A DNA stretch of 64,000 bases from the human T2T-CHM13v2.0 reference genome, Homo sapiens: assembly GCF_009914755.1 (NCBI RefSeq), contig NC_060926.1; one strand, 5' to 3'. Shown here in pieces: positions 30,200 to 44,544 of the stretch. The notes below the pieces were generated by a model. The model was not told where the DNA came from, searched no databases, and was given only the letters and a program-made list of their open reading frames with translations. How positions within the stretch are numbered: the first letter of the stretch is position 1; each line of letters begins with the position of its first letter. The translations under genes were made by a program, and so were the position numbers.

Positions 30200-31930
30200 T
30201 TTCCCCCACCCTATTCTTATAATTCATCTACCAGTACACTCTCAGGTAGGTCCAGAATATATCCAGAAGATACTTTTATAGAACCTAAGAGGACATAACT
30301 TAAGATATGGTTTTGTGGGCTAATCCATTGAAACTACAAACCAAAAAGAACTGTACTGTGTCATAATCTTAAATATGAACAAATCATCATACATTTTACA
30401 TAAAAGGCAGAAATCCAAATCAACAATAAAAAAACTGAAAAAACAGAGTCTAAGAAAGGAGAAGATAACTTTAAATCAATAATCTTTCTATATTTTTACG
30501 TCTGAAAAATATCTGAATTTTAACTTTGTGCTTTTAGATAAAAATGATATATCTATGAAAGAAAAATAAAATGCTTTAAAACAATAATCTGAAGAATAGA
30601 AAAGTTCATGGACATTACTAATAAAAGAAAAATAACTGTCAGAGAGTTGGAAGAGAAAATTGGGAACATCTCTTTTAAAGCAGAGGAAAATTACAAAATG
30701 ATGAAAAATAAGATATAAAATGTGAGGATATCAGTGGCCCAGTTTACAAAGTTCAACATAGGAGTGAAAGTAGGAGTTTACATATAAGAGAACAGAGGGC
30801 AGAACACCTTACAATTTCAACATCTCCCAGTCACAAAGACATAAATTTGAAGAGGCTGGAGGAATTCTGAACATAATGAATTAAAAGCAAGCTCGAACTA
30901 TTAAAAACAAGCTCAAAGTAAGTTACATTATTGTGAAATTTCAGAAGACCAGTGACAAAAAGGAGACCCTAAAAACTTCCAGGAGAGGGGAAAATGGTTA
31001 CAGACGAGTCCAGAGATTGAATGACAACAGGATTCCTAACAGCACCCTGATAGCTAAAAGAGCTGTATCTTATACATCGTTGTGGAGGTTGTGTGGGAAG
31101 TTTTTCAACCTACAATCTAAAATTAGCTGAATGATCAGCCATGTTAGAAAGTAAAGTACATATAAACGCAACATACAAGGACTCTAAATATTTGTCTTTT
31201 TTATATCCATTCTCAGGAAGCCTTTGGAGAATATTCTCCACAAACTGAAATGAGTAAATCAAATAGAATTACATAGGATACAGGAAAAACAGCATATTCA
31301 GCAAAAGGGAGAGGTAAAGAGAACCTCCCAAATTAGGAGCAATGGAGTTGTCAGTATGACAGCTTATACTGAGCATAGAGGGAAAACAACCTAGAATAGA
31401 ATACATCAAAAGGCTATAGGAGGAATTTATTTCAGAAGATTGAATAGAATGCTTGATTTATTTTGATGTATTGAGACAGATTTTTAAATATTGATAAGAA
31501 ATTTAGGACTGAAATCATAGAAAATATAGATAAAATTAAACTGAAAACTATAATATATATAATTATGTAATCATAGTACATGCTTAATGATAATGTACTG
31601 AACTATCTATTGAGCTAATCGTAAGTACAATTTAACAACACTGGGAAAAAGAGTACTTAGGAAAGATGGGGAAGCAGAAGAAAGTGAAAGAGAACCAAAT
31701 TTCTGTCTTTCATAGTGATAAATAAATGATATTTACAATTGAAAGTCAAAAACAAAAACAATGTTATTTATAGTTATGGAAGCTATATAACATTTTGCAT
31801 TATGGATATTGTTTCTGAAGAAGTATAAATAGATGAGAAATGGTTTTCATTTCTACTCTTTGTTAAAAACCTTGAAAAATATTTTCACTTTCAAAACATG
31901 TAAGCTACATTTAAATTTAATAATAATAAT
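30200..31930 (+). mobile_element. HAL1 (half-L1) element
   Basis: ORF1-like ACATTATTGTGAAATTTCAGAAGACC...CCTAAAAACTTCCAG followed by the HAL1-type tail (TTCTCAGGAAGC...GGAGAATATTCTCCAC; GGGAGAGGTAAAGAGAACCTCCC), with no ORF2. Confidence 0.75.
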
Positions 31931-32725
31931 TGAAGAAAATAGCCTTAAAATTCCTTGTAATAATAAGTGCCATTAGAATGGTACATACGGGAAATTTAAG
32001 AAAAATTTGTGAATCTAAACATTATTATACCCAGAATCTTATCTGGGTTTTAAATTTTCTTTTCATCTGTAAGGATAACAGACTTTCTCAGATTTAGAAA
32101 GGATAAAAAAATATATTCATTGGTACATAATAAGACTAAACAAGCATTCATATGGTTCTCATTTACCACTCTCAGTTGCCCCAGGACACCCAGGCCTAAG
32201 GACTTTCCTGAATTTATTCTTGAAAAAAATAGAACAAAGGTCAATTACGTAGAGATTTCTGGGGCCTTTGCTAACAGGGCTTTAGATTATTTATGGGTTA
32301 TATCTTGTAGGCCCAAAAACAGAAATGAGCACAGTATGCTTAAAGAACAGAAAGAAGGCATGCATAATTTGCAGTGAACTGTTAGGAGAACTATATCAAG
32401 TTCACACGGAAGGAAGAGGCCAGATCATTTAAGCTGGGTATGGAGTTTGAATTATATTACACGTGAGATGAGGAGACGTTGAAGGCTTTTAAGCAGAAAA
32501 ATAAGAAATCCGATTTAAAATGCTCACACACTGTAGTGTGGGTAATTCGTTTGTTGAGGAAGGAGGAAGTCCGGGAGGATAATTAGCAGTCAAGAGCAAA
32601 AGCACGGAGACAAGTTAGGTGACTATAGTATAGTTCAGTCGAAGATGATGATAACTTGGAGGAGGATGTGGACATGGAGAGAAGTGAACTGATACCTCTT
32701 TTCAGTGTTCACTGTTCATGTAGAG

Positions 32726-33554
<829 letters not shown>

Positions 33555-33968
33555 ATATAGAGGATTTTGTGATGGATGCTATCTGGGAAATAAGAGGAGT
33601 CAAGGATAACTCCCCATAATAGGAGAAACATTAGAGAATGTGGAATCACACAAATAAAAAAAAAAGTTTTGAAGAAGTAGAAATGATCAATTTTCAATTG
33701 CTGCTGAGAGATCAAACACAGTAAGGACTAAAAGCTGACCACTGAATTTGAAAATATAGAGCAGATTGGCAGCCAAGGTAAGACAAGTTTTGGAGGAGTG
33801 GTGGAAATGGAAGCATAATTGAATTGAGCTAATGAGAGCTGGAAAGGCATAGAAGTGGATAGGGTGATTATAAGCAACTCAGTTTAGTTGAGAAGAGATA
33901 TAGGCAGCAAATGCATTTTCTAGATTTTCATGAATTTTTTTGACTGTCCATACAGTATTATTTTCATC

Positions 33969-34329
33969 TGATATAGTTTGACTGTGTACCAAATCTCATC
34001 TTGAATTATAGCTCCCATAATTCCCTTGGGAGGTCGTGGGAGGAACCTGGTGAGAGGTAATTGAATCAGGGGGCAGGTCTTTCCCATGCTTTTCTCATGA
34101 TAGTGAATAAGTCTCATGAGATCTTATGGCTTTATAAAGGGGAGTTCCCCTACAGAAGCTCTCGCACCTGGTGCCATGTAAGATGTTCCTTTGCTCTTCC
34201 TTCATCTTCTACCCTGATTGTGAGGCCTCCCCAGTGATGTGGAACTGTGAGTCCATTAAACCTCTTTCCTTTAAAAATTACCCAGTCTTGGGTATGTCTT
34301 TATTAGCAGCATGAGAACGGACTAATACA
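33969..34329 (+). mobile_element. THE1B-like solo LTR
   Basis: TGATATAGTTTG...GGACTAATACA termini, ATTAAA signal, ~360 bp. Confidence 0.93.
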
Positions 34330-37300
34330 TTGCCCATGAAAAGTTTTATTTTTTACACATGTTAAGTATGTACTTTCTATTCTGTACTCTTGATCTGTCT
34401 ATCCCTGTGCCAATATAGATTTAATTATGGTAAGTGTATATGTTTTATCTAATAGAGCTTGTTGAAAATATCCCTGCTTATACTTGACATGTTTAGTTAC
34501 ATATAAAATTTTTAAGTCAACCAAAGATCACCCACCAAAAAATTGTATTTTAATTTCAACATAATGATATAGAATTCTATATCATTTATATAGATTAATT
34601 TGATATCTTTAAACTTTTAAGTGCATGTATGAAGGAACGAGTGCATACCTTCTAACTTGCTTCCTTTTGATGCCCTTTGTTACCTTATTCTTATCAACAA
34701 TGATGGGTAGGGACTCACATCCTTGCTTTCTGTTGAAGACCTCTATTTAAGAAGGCTTCAATGCCAAAGTGCAATGTTTGAGACCATTTTTGAGGAGTTT
34801 TTTCTGAAAACTTTATCCAATGGAGGACACACATTGGTGCTAAATCTGAGACTAAAAGTAGATGGATAGACAAATGTATTTTATATTTATTGCGTATGGC
34901 AATTTTCATACAGTTAGCACATGTACTATTTTACTTAGCATAACCTTGAGCTATCTCTTTCTAACCAAAATGTAAGTATCCTTGGTTAAGCATAATTTTT
35001 TAGAAGAGTATAAGCATCTTAGGTCTTACTTTACTGCCCTCAGACAGCATGGATGGGTGGGGAAGAAGGAAGTCTTTGTGATTCAATATTATCTTACTAT
35101 CTTTTGTGAACTGTCAGAACTTTTACTGGGTCACTTTATTTAATTCAGACACTTGTAAAAGTTGCTTTTTGTTGTCTTAATTAGCCACTTTTACACAAAA
35201 TCATGTGGTCTGTCATGTATTTTTTTAATTCCAACTTTTATTTTAGATACAGGGGATACATGTGCAGGTTTGTTGCATGGGTAAATTATGTGATGCTGAG
35301 GTTTGGAGGATGGATCCTGTCACCCAGGTAGTGAATATAATACCCAATAGGTAATTTTTTAACCCATGCTCCCCTCCTCCTCGCTCTGGTAGTCCACAGT
35401 ACCTACTGCTGCCATGTTTGTGTCCATATGTCCTCAATATTTAGCACCCTCGTATAAGTGAGATCATGTGGCATTTGGTTTTCTGTTCCTGCATTAATTT
35501 GCTTAAGATTATGTTCTCCAGCTGTATCCATGTGGCCACACACACACACACCATGATTTTCTTCTTTTTTATGACTGTGTCATATTCCATAGTATATATG
35601 TACCACATTTTCTTAATCCAATCTACTATTGATGAGCATCTAGGTATATTCCATGTCTTTGCTACTGTGAATAACACAGTGAAGAATATACAAGTGCATG
35701 TGTTTTTTGGTAGAATGATTTATATTCCTTTGGATATATGCCCAGTAATGGGATTACTTGGTAGAATGGTAGCTCTGTTTTAAGTTCCTTGAGAAACCTC
35801 CAAACTGCTTTCCACAATGGCTGACCTAATTTACATTCCCACCAACAGTGTATAAGCATTCCCTTTTCTATGCAGCCTCCCCAGAATCTGTTGTTTTTCG
35901 ACTTTTTAATAATAGCCATTCTGACTGGTGTGAGATAGTATCTCACTGTAGTTTTGACTTGCATTTCTCTTATAATTAGTGATGATGAACTTTTTTAATA
36001 TATTTTTTGGCCACTTCTATATCTTCTTTTAAGAAGTTTCTGTTCATGTTTTTTTTGCCCATTTTTAATGGGGTTATTTGTTTTTTTGTTTGTTGGTTTA
36101 AGTTCCTTATAGATTCTGTATATTGGACCTTTGTCAGATGCATAGTTTGCCAATATTTTCTACCACTCTGTAGGTTGTCTGTTTTCTTTGTTGATACTTT
36201 CTTTTGCTGTGCAGAAGCTCTTTACTTTAATGAGACCCCATTTGTCATCTTTAGTTTTTGTTACAATTACCTTTGAGGACTTAGCCAAAAACTCTTTACC
36301 AAGGTTGATATTGAGAACGGTATTTTTGACATTTCATTTTAGGATTTTTATGGTTTATGGTGTCACATATATGGTGAAAGATAAGGGTCCGTGTGAACAA
36401 TGTGTAAAATAAATTTAAAAAATAATCCCATTTACAATAGTCACCCAGAAAATTAAATACCTAGGAATTAACCAAAGAAGTGAAAGATCTCTATAATGAA
36501 AACTATATAAAAGAAATTGAAGAGGACAACAAAAAATGGAAAAATATTTCATGTTTATGTATCAGAATAATTAATATTGTTAAAATGTCCATCCTACCCA
36601 AAACAATTTACAGATTCAATGCAATCCCTATAAAAATACCAATGACACTCTTCACAGAAATGGAAAAAAACAATCCTAAGATTTATATGGAACCACAAAA
36701 GACCAAGAATAGCCTATCCAAAGGCATTCTAAGCAAAAAGAACCAAACTGGAGGAATCACATTACCTCACTTCAAAATGTACTACAGAGCTATAGTAACC
36801 AAAACAGCATGGTACTGGCATAAAAACAAACATGTAGACCAATGGAACAGAATAGAGAACCCAAAAACAAATCTGCACACCTGCAGTGATCTCATTTTCA
36901 ACAAAAGTGCCAAGACCATACACTGGAGGAAAGATAATATCTTCAATAAATGGTGGTGGGGAAACTGAATATTCATATGCAGAAGTATGAAACTAGACCC
37001 CTATCTCTCACCATATACAGAAATCATATCAAAATGGGTTAAAGATTTAAATCTAAGACCACAAACTATGAAACTACTACAAGAAAACATTGGGGAAAAT
37101 CTCCAGAACACTTGCCTGGGCAAAAATTTATTAAGCAATACCCTACAAGCACAGGCCACCAAAGAAAAATGGACAAATGGGATTACATCAAGTTAAAAAA
37201 CATCTGCACAATAAAGGAAACAAACAACAAAGCAAAAAGACAACCCACAGAATGGAAGAAAATATTTGCAAACTCTCATCTGACAAAGGATTAATAACCT

Positions 37301-37884
37301 GAATATATAAGGAGCTCATACATGTTTATTAGGAAAAAAAATCTAATAATTGATTAAAATTATGGGCAAAAGATTTGAATGGACATTTCTCGAAAGAAGA
37401 TATACAAATGGCAAACAGGCATATGAAAAGGAGCTCAACATCATTAATCATCAGATAAATACAAATCAAAACTACAATGTGACATCATCTCACCCCAGTT
37501 AAAATGGTTTATATTTAAAAGACAGGCAATAACAAATGCTGGCAAGGATGTGGAGAAAAGGAAACCCTTGTACACTGTTGGTTGGAATGTAGATTAATAC
37601 AACCACTATGAAGAACAGTTTAGAGGTTCCTCAAAAAACTAAAAATTGAGCTACCATATGATCTAGCAATCACACTGCTGGATATTTACCCAAAAGTAAG
37701 GAAATCCGTATATCAAAGAGATAGCTACACTCCTATGTTTGTTGCAGCACTGTTTATAGTAGCTAAGATTTGGAAGCAACCTAAGTGTCCATCAATGGAT
37801 AAATGAATAAAGAAAATGTGGTACATATATATAATTCAGCCATTAGTACTACTGAGCCATAAAAAATAATGAATACTATTCAGC

Positions 37885-39037
37885 TGTTACGGGACGTCAG
37901 GGACCCCAAATGGACGGACCGGCTGAAGCCTTGGCAGAAGAACATAAATTGTGAAGATTTCATGGACATTTATTAGTTCCCCAAATTAATACTTTTATAA
38001 TTTCTTATGCCTGTCTTTACTGCAATCTCTGAACATAAATTGTGAAGATTTCATGGACATTTATTAGTTCCCCAAATTAATACTTTTATAATTTCTTATG
38101 CCTGTCTTTACTGCAATCTCTGAACATAAATTGTGAAGATTTCATGGACATTTATCACTTCCCCAATCAATATTCTTGTGATTTCCTATGCCTGTCTTTA
38201 CCTTATCTCTTAATCCCATCATCTTCGTAAGCTGAGGATGTATGTCACCTCAGGACCCTGTGATGATTGCATTAAATGCACAAATTGTTTAAACAATATG
38301 AAATCTGGGCACCTTGAAAAAAGAACAGGATAACAGCGATGTTCAGGGAACAAGGGAGATAACCATTAGGTCTGGCTGCCTGAGAGCCAGGCGGAACAGA
38401 GCCATATTTCTCTTCTTTCAAAAGCAAATAGGAGAAATATCACTTAATTCTTTTTCTCAGCAAGAAACAGCCCTGAGAAAGAGAATGTGTTCCTAGCGGT
38501 AGGTCTCTGAAATGGCCGCTCTGGGAAAGTCTGTCTTTTACGGTTGTAGATAAGGGATGAAATAAGCCCTGGTCTCCCGTAGCGCTCCCAGGCTTATTAG
38601 GACGAGGAAATTCCTGCCTAATAAATTTTGGTCAGACCAGTTGTCTGCTCTCAAACCCTGTCTCCTGATAAAATGTTATTAATGATAATGTGTGCCCGAA
38701 ATTTCATTAGCAATTTTAATTTCTCCCTGGTCCTGTGATTTCACCCTGCCTCCATTTGCCTTGTGATATCTTATTACCTTGTGAAGCATGTGATCTCTGT
38801 GACCCACACCCTATTTTTACACTCCCTCCCCTTTGAAAATCACTAATAAAAACTTGCTGTTTTTGCGGCTTGGGGGGCATCACAGAACCTGCCGGCACAT
38901 GATGTCTTCCCTGGACACCCAGCTTTAAAATTTCTCTCTTTTGTACTCTTTCCCTTTATTTCTGAGACCGGCCGACACTTAGGGAAATAGAAAAGAACCT
39001 ATGTGAAATGATGTTGAATTATCAGGGGCGGGGGTCC
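37885..39037 (+). mobile_element. MER11C-like solo LTR (ERVK, HML-8)
   Basis: Starts TGTTACGGGACGTCAGGGACCCC; characteristic 91-bp repeats; AATAAA near 38845; ends GAAAAGAACCTATG...GGGGCGGGGGTCC without the last few consensus bases. Confidence 0.92.
37940..38200. repeat. 91-bp tandem repeat x~3 in MER11
   Basis: Units start at 37940, 38031 and 38122. The first two are identical; the third diverges. Confidence 0.95.
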
Positions 39038-39471
39038 TGAAAAAACTAAAAATTGAGTCCATCAATGGATAAATGAATAAAGAAAATGTGGTATATATAT
39101 TTAATTCAGCCATTAGTACTATTGAGCCATAAAAAATAATGAGTACTATTCAGCCATGAAAAAATAATGAGATCCATATTTGTAACAACATGGATGGAAC
39201 TAGAAGTCATTACATTAAGTGAAATAAGCCAGGCAAAAAAGAGAAACATTGCATGTTCTCACTTATTTATGGGCTCTAAAAATCAAAACAATTGAACTCA
39301 TGGACATAGAGAGTAGAAAGATGGTTTGCAGAGGCTGGGAAGCGTAGTGGGGAGCTGATGGGGAGGGAGGAGCCAGAGATGGTTAATGGGTACAAAAAAA
39401 TAGAAAGAATGAATAAGACCTACTATTTGATAGCACAACAGTGTGACTGTAATCAATAATAACTTAATTAT

Positions 39472-39712
39472 AATTGAACAATGAGATCACATGGACACAT
39501 GAAGGGGAATATCACACTCTGGGGACTGTGGTGGGGTGGGGGGAGGGGGGAGGGATAGCATTGGGAGATATACCTAAGGCTAGATGACGAGTTAGTGGGT
39601 GCAGCACACCAGCATGGCACATGTATACATATGTAACTAACCTGCACAATGTGCACATGTACCCTAAAACTTAAAGTATAATAAAAAAAATAAAAATTAA
39701 AATTAAAATAAA
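39472..39712 (+). mobile_element. L1PA2-like short 3' end
   Basis: GAGATCACATGGACAC, ATATCACACTCTGGGG, GATGACGAGTTAG (GAG, not the Ta ACA) and ACTTAAAGTATAAT, followed by an A-rich tail. Confidence 0.9.
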
Positions 39713-39838
39713 AATAACTTAGAGTGTAATTGGATTGTTTGTATCTCAAAGGATGAATGCTTGAGGGGATAAATACCCCATTCTCCATAATGTGCTTATT
39801 TCATATCCCAGGCTTGTATCAAAACTTCTCATGTGCCC

Positions 39839-39839
39839 C

Positions 39840-39873
<34 letters not shown>

Positions 39874-39886
39874 ATGTGTGTGTGTG
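39839..39886. repeat. Compound (TA)n(TG)n microsatellite
   Basis: Seen directly in the L1MA 3' UTR. Confidence 0.95.
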
Positions 39887-40500
39887 CGTACTGTGTACCC
39901 ACAAAACTTAAAATATAAACCATAAATAAATAAAAAGAAAAGGAAGGTAAGGGTTCAGCTTCATTCTTCTGCATAAGGCTAGCCAGTTATCCCAGCCCCA
40001 TTTATTGAATAGAAGGTCCCTTCCCCAGTGCTTGTTTTTGTTGGCCTTGTAGAAAATCTGATGGTTGTAAGTGTATGGCTTTATTTCTGAATTTTGTATT
40101 CTGTTCCATTGGTTTATGTGTCTGTTTTTGTACCAATATCATGTTGTTTTCATTACTATAGTATTGTAGTATTGTTTGAAGTTGGGTAGTGTGATGCCAC
40201 TGGCTTTGTTCCTTTTTCCATTTTTTTTCAAATGCTGCTTGTGCTTCTGCTTAGTTTTACATTGTCTTCACAAAAAACTTATGCCTTTATTATTATTCCT
40301 CTAGTTATTGATTGATGCTGTCATGGCTCCAATAAATGGAACACTGCACTCCCCTTTATTTTCTGATAAGTAGTGTTTGAAAGTAGAAAAAAACAACCAC
40401 TGATGGTTAACTAGTGGTTTTACAGAATAGTCTGGCCATTTCTAATTGTTTTTCAATAGTATTTGGGGAGATTGTAGATGTAAAATAACATAATCTAGAG

Positions 40501-40572
40501 ATGATACATTTGACATTATTATTTGACATTTTCTCCATGATACATTTGACATTATTATTTGACATTTTCTCC
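40501..40572. repeat. Perfect 36-bp tandem duplication
   Basis: ATGATACATTTGACATTATTATTTGACATTTTCTCC x2. Confidence 0.97.
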
Positions 40573-41890
40573 TTCCATCCTACCTTCTGCCTCAAATCAA
40601 TTATCTTCTGTCTTGGGTATATACTTAAAATGTAATATAGTTATGACTTGCTGATCCTCCTATATTTTGTGTCTGAATATTTTCCCCATAGATTAAAAAA
40701 ATTAGAATAATAATACATTCACAGAAGAAATTTAAAAGTTAGTAAAAATAATTCCCATACACCCCACATGCAGTTTTTTTATTATTAACATCATACATTT
40801 GTCTAGAGCATTTGTCACACTACTATTAACCACGGTCTACACATTATTTAGATTTTCTTATTTTACCCAATGTCCTTTTCCTGTTCCAGGATCCCATCCA
40901 GGAGCCTACACTATATTGAATAATCAGATCTTCTTTGGGCTTTGGCTGTAAAAGTTTCTCAAGCTGTCCTTATTTTTATAACTATGAGAGTTTTGAGGAG
41001 AACTGGTTAGGTATTTTATAGAATGTTCTTCTGCTGAGATGCTTTGAATTTTTTGTATCCCTATTAAATTACAGTTGTAAGTTTTGAGGAAGAAGATCTC
41101 ACAGATAAAATGCCACTGTCATCACATCATATCAAGAACACATAAAATCAACTTATCAAGTTTTGGATTTTAGTCATTCTAACATGTGTGCAGTGGTGTC
41201 TCATTATTGTTTTCGTTTGTAATTCCCTGATGAAAAAAGATATTGGTCATCTTTCCAATATGCTTATTTGATATATGTATAACTTGTTTGGTGAGATCCC
41301 TTTATAAATCTTTTGTCTATTTAAAATTGGGTTGTTTTATTATTATTGAATTTTAAGAGTTCTTTGTATATTTTAGATATAAGTATTTTATCAGATACGT
41401 TTTTCAAATAACTTCTCTCATTTTGTTGTTTGTATTTTCATTTTCTTAAAAGTAGATTTTGTTTAACAGAATTTTTTAATTTTAATAAAGTCCATCCTAT
41501 TTTTTATTGTTGTTCATGGTCATGTTTTTGGTATGACATGCAAACATTTATTATCACATCCAAACTAACAAAGATTTTCTCCTTGTTTTCTGCTAGAATT
41601 TTTATAGCATTGTATTTACACTTAATTTTGTCATCCATTTTGAATTAATTTTTGTGAAAGGTATAAGTCCTGTGCCTAGACTCAATTTTTGAAATGGATA
41701 TCCAATTTTTTCAGCACAATTTATTGAAAACATTAACCTCTCTTTGTTGAATTGTTTTTGTGTTTTTGTCAAAGATCAGTTAATTGCATTTATGCAGGTC
41801 TGATCCATTGATTAATGTGTCTACTTTTTACCAAGATCACACTATTTTGATTACTGTAGCTTTACAGAAAGCCTTGAAATTAGGTAATGA

Positions 41891-42197
<307 letters not shown>

Positions 42198-42418
42198 TTA
42201 GGTAATGAGTTCCCCACCTTTTTCTTTTTTAGAATTGTGCTATTTGAGGTTTTTTGCCTTTATAAATACACCTTGGAATGTTGGTTGATAGCTACAATAT
42301 AGTTTGCTAAAATTTTGATTGTATTGATGAAGATGAATGTATATGTAGATCAAGTTGGGAGAAATTAACATCTTAACAAATTGGGTTTTCCAATTCATGA
42401 ACATGGAATATCTTTCTA

Positions 42419-43563
42419 CAGGCTGAATATTCATTATTTAAAATGCTTAGGACCAGAAATCTTTCAAATTTTGGATATTTCAGAATTTTGGAATATTTGC
42501 ATATTCATAGATATCTTAGGAATGATATCCAAGTCTAAACATAAAATCCATTTATCTTTCATATATACCCCATACTCATAGCCTAAAGGTAATTTTATAC
42601 AATATTTTAAATAATTTCTCTTTTTTTATTATACTTTAAGTTTTAGGGTACATGTGCACATTGTGCAGGTTAGTTACATATGTATACATGTGCCATGCTG
42701 GTGTGCTGCACCCACTAACTCGTCATCTATCATTAGGTGTATCTCCCGATGCTATCCCTCCCTCCTCCCCCCACCCCACAACAGTCCCCAGAGTGTGATA
42801 TTCCCCTTCCTGTGTCCATGTGATCTCATTGTTCAGTTCCCACCTATGAGTGAGAATATGTGGTGTTTGGTTTTTTGTTCTTGCGATAGTTTACTGAGAA
42901 TGATGATTACCAATTTCATCCATGTCCCTACAAAGGACATGAACTCATCATTTTTTATGGCTGCATAGTATTCCATGGTGTATATGTGCCACATTTTCTT
43001 AATCCAGTCTATCATTGTTGGACATTTGGGTTAGTTCCAAGTCTTTGCTATTGTGAATAATGCTGCAATAAACATACGTGTGCATGTGTCTTTATAGCAG
43101 CATGATTTATAATCCTTTGGGTATATACCCAGTAATGGGATGGCTGGGTCAAATGGTATTTCCAGTTCTAGATCCCTGAGGAATCGCCACACTGACTTCC
43201 ACAATGGTTGAACTAGTTTACAGTCCCACCAACAGTGTAAAAGTGTTCCTATTTCTCCACATCCTCTCCAGCACCTGTTGTTTCCTGACTTTTTAATGAT
43301 TGCCATTCTAACTGGTGTGAGATGGTATCTCATTGTGGTTTTGATTTGCATTTCTCTGATGGCCAGTGATGATGAGCATTTTTTCATGTGTTTTTTGGCT
43401 GCATAAATGTCTTCTTTTGAGAAGTGTCTGCTTCTCATAAAACAGTTTGTGTTAAGTACTTACGTATGGAATTTTTCACTTGTAGTGCCATGTCAGTGCT
43501 CAAAATTTTCAGATTTTGAAGCATTTCAAATTTTGAATTTTTGGATTAGAGATGCTTAATCTG
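42419..43563 (+). mobile_element. Tigger4b/MER46-like MITE interrupted by L1PA2
   Basis: TA|CAGGCTGAATATTC ... GATGCTTAATCTG|TA; AAAATGCTTAGGACCAGAA motif. Confidence 0.85.
42621..43430 (-). mobile_element. L1PA2-like, 5'-truncated (~810 bp)
   Basis: Near-consensus young 3' UTR. ORF 43031-43438 is the ORF2p C-terminal Cys-rich region with a premature stop. Confidence 0.95.
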
Positions 43564-44544
43564 TAATTATTTGGCTCTTCTTTGATATTTTAATTAATTT
43601 TTCTTTAGTGTTCTACACGCATATCCTCTACAAATTTGGTTGTATTTATGTCTAAGTATTTTTTTGGTGCTATTGTAAATGTTATATATGTTTTAAATTT
43701 CAAACATGTTCATGGCCGGTATAAAGGAAAGCAATTATCTTTTGAACATTAAATCTGTGGCCTGTGAAGTTGCTGTATTTACTTATTAGTCCTGTTAATT
43801 CTTTTGTAGATTTTTTGAGGTTTTCTGCATAGACAGTCCAGCCATCCATAAATAAAGACAAATTTATTTCTTCCTTTCCCATCAGCATATGCTTGTTTCT
43901 TTTTCTTCTCTTATGGTGATCTGCTAGAACTTCCAGTGTTAGTTGAATAGTACTGACAAGAGAGGACATCTTTGTCTTGTTCCCAGTCTTAGTAGGAAAG
44001 CTCCAGTTGCTCAATCTTCAGTATGATTCTACCTGTTGGCTCTTTGTATATATTCCTTAATGTTAGGAAGTCACACTTATTCCTAGTTTGCTGATAGATT
44101 TTTATAATGAATAGGTATTGATTTGTGTTAAATGTTTTTCTTTGTTAAATTGATATGATCATATGATTTTTCTTCAGTAGCCTGTTGATGTGTTAGATTA
44201 TATTTGCTGCTTTTTCAAATGTTGAACTAGTCTTGCACACCAAATAAATCCCATTCAGTTATGGTTATAATTCTTTTTATATGTCATTGGACTGGATTTG
44301 ATACTATGTGGTGAGTTATTTTGGTTTTATTTCTTTACTTGTGATGTTTGTATCTGATTTGCGGGTCTTTACCTATTTTAGGGTAATGCTGGCCTCATCA
44401 AATGACTTAGGAAGTGTTCCTTCTGCTTCTATTTTCTGGAAGAAATCATGGATAATTGAATTAATATCATTTCCTTCTTTAATGTTTGGTACAATACATC
44501 AGTCAATTTACCTGGGGTAACTTCTTTTTCTTAGAAAATTATCA

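Larger units (their letters stand above)
36391..39944 (+). mobile_element. L1MA1/2-like element nested in the L1PB, itself interrupted
   Basis: Sense ORF2 (ORF 36480-36968); L1MA1/2 3' UTR (GAATGAATAAGACCTACTATTTGATAGCACAACAG); decayed TSD GAA(A/G)(G)ATAAGGGT-like. Confidence 0.88.
35222..40215 (-). mobile_element. L1PA16/L1PB-like element split into 35222-36390 and ~39945-40215 by nested insertions
   Basis: Antisense 3' end at 35222; ORF2 breaks at GGTGAAAGATAAGGGTCC and resumes at GAAGGTAAGGGTTCAGCTTCATTCTTCTGC. Confidence 0.88.

Noticed and set aside
37940-38200. Regular direct repeats resembling a CRISPR-like array
   Set aside because: Head-to-tail 91-bp units with no spacers, inside a MER11 LTR in primate DNA.
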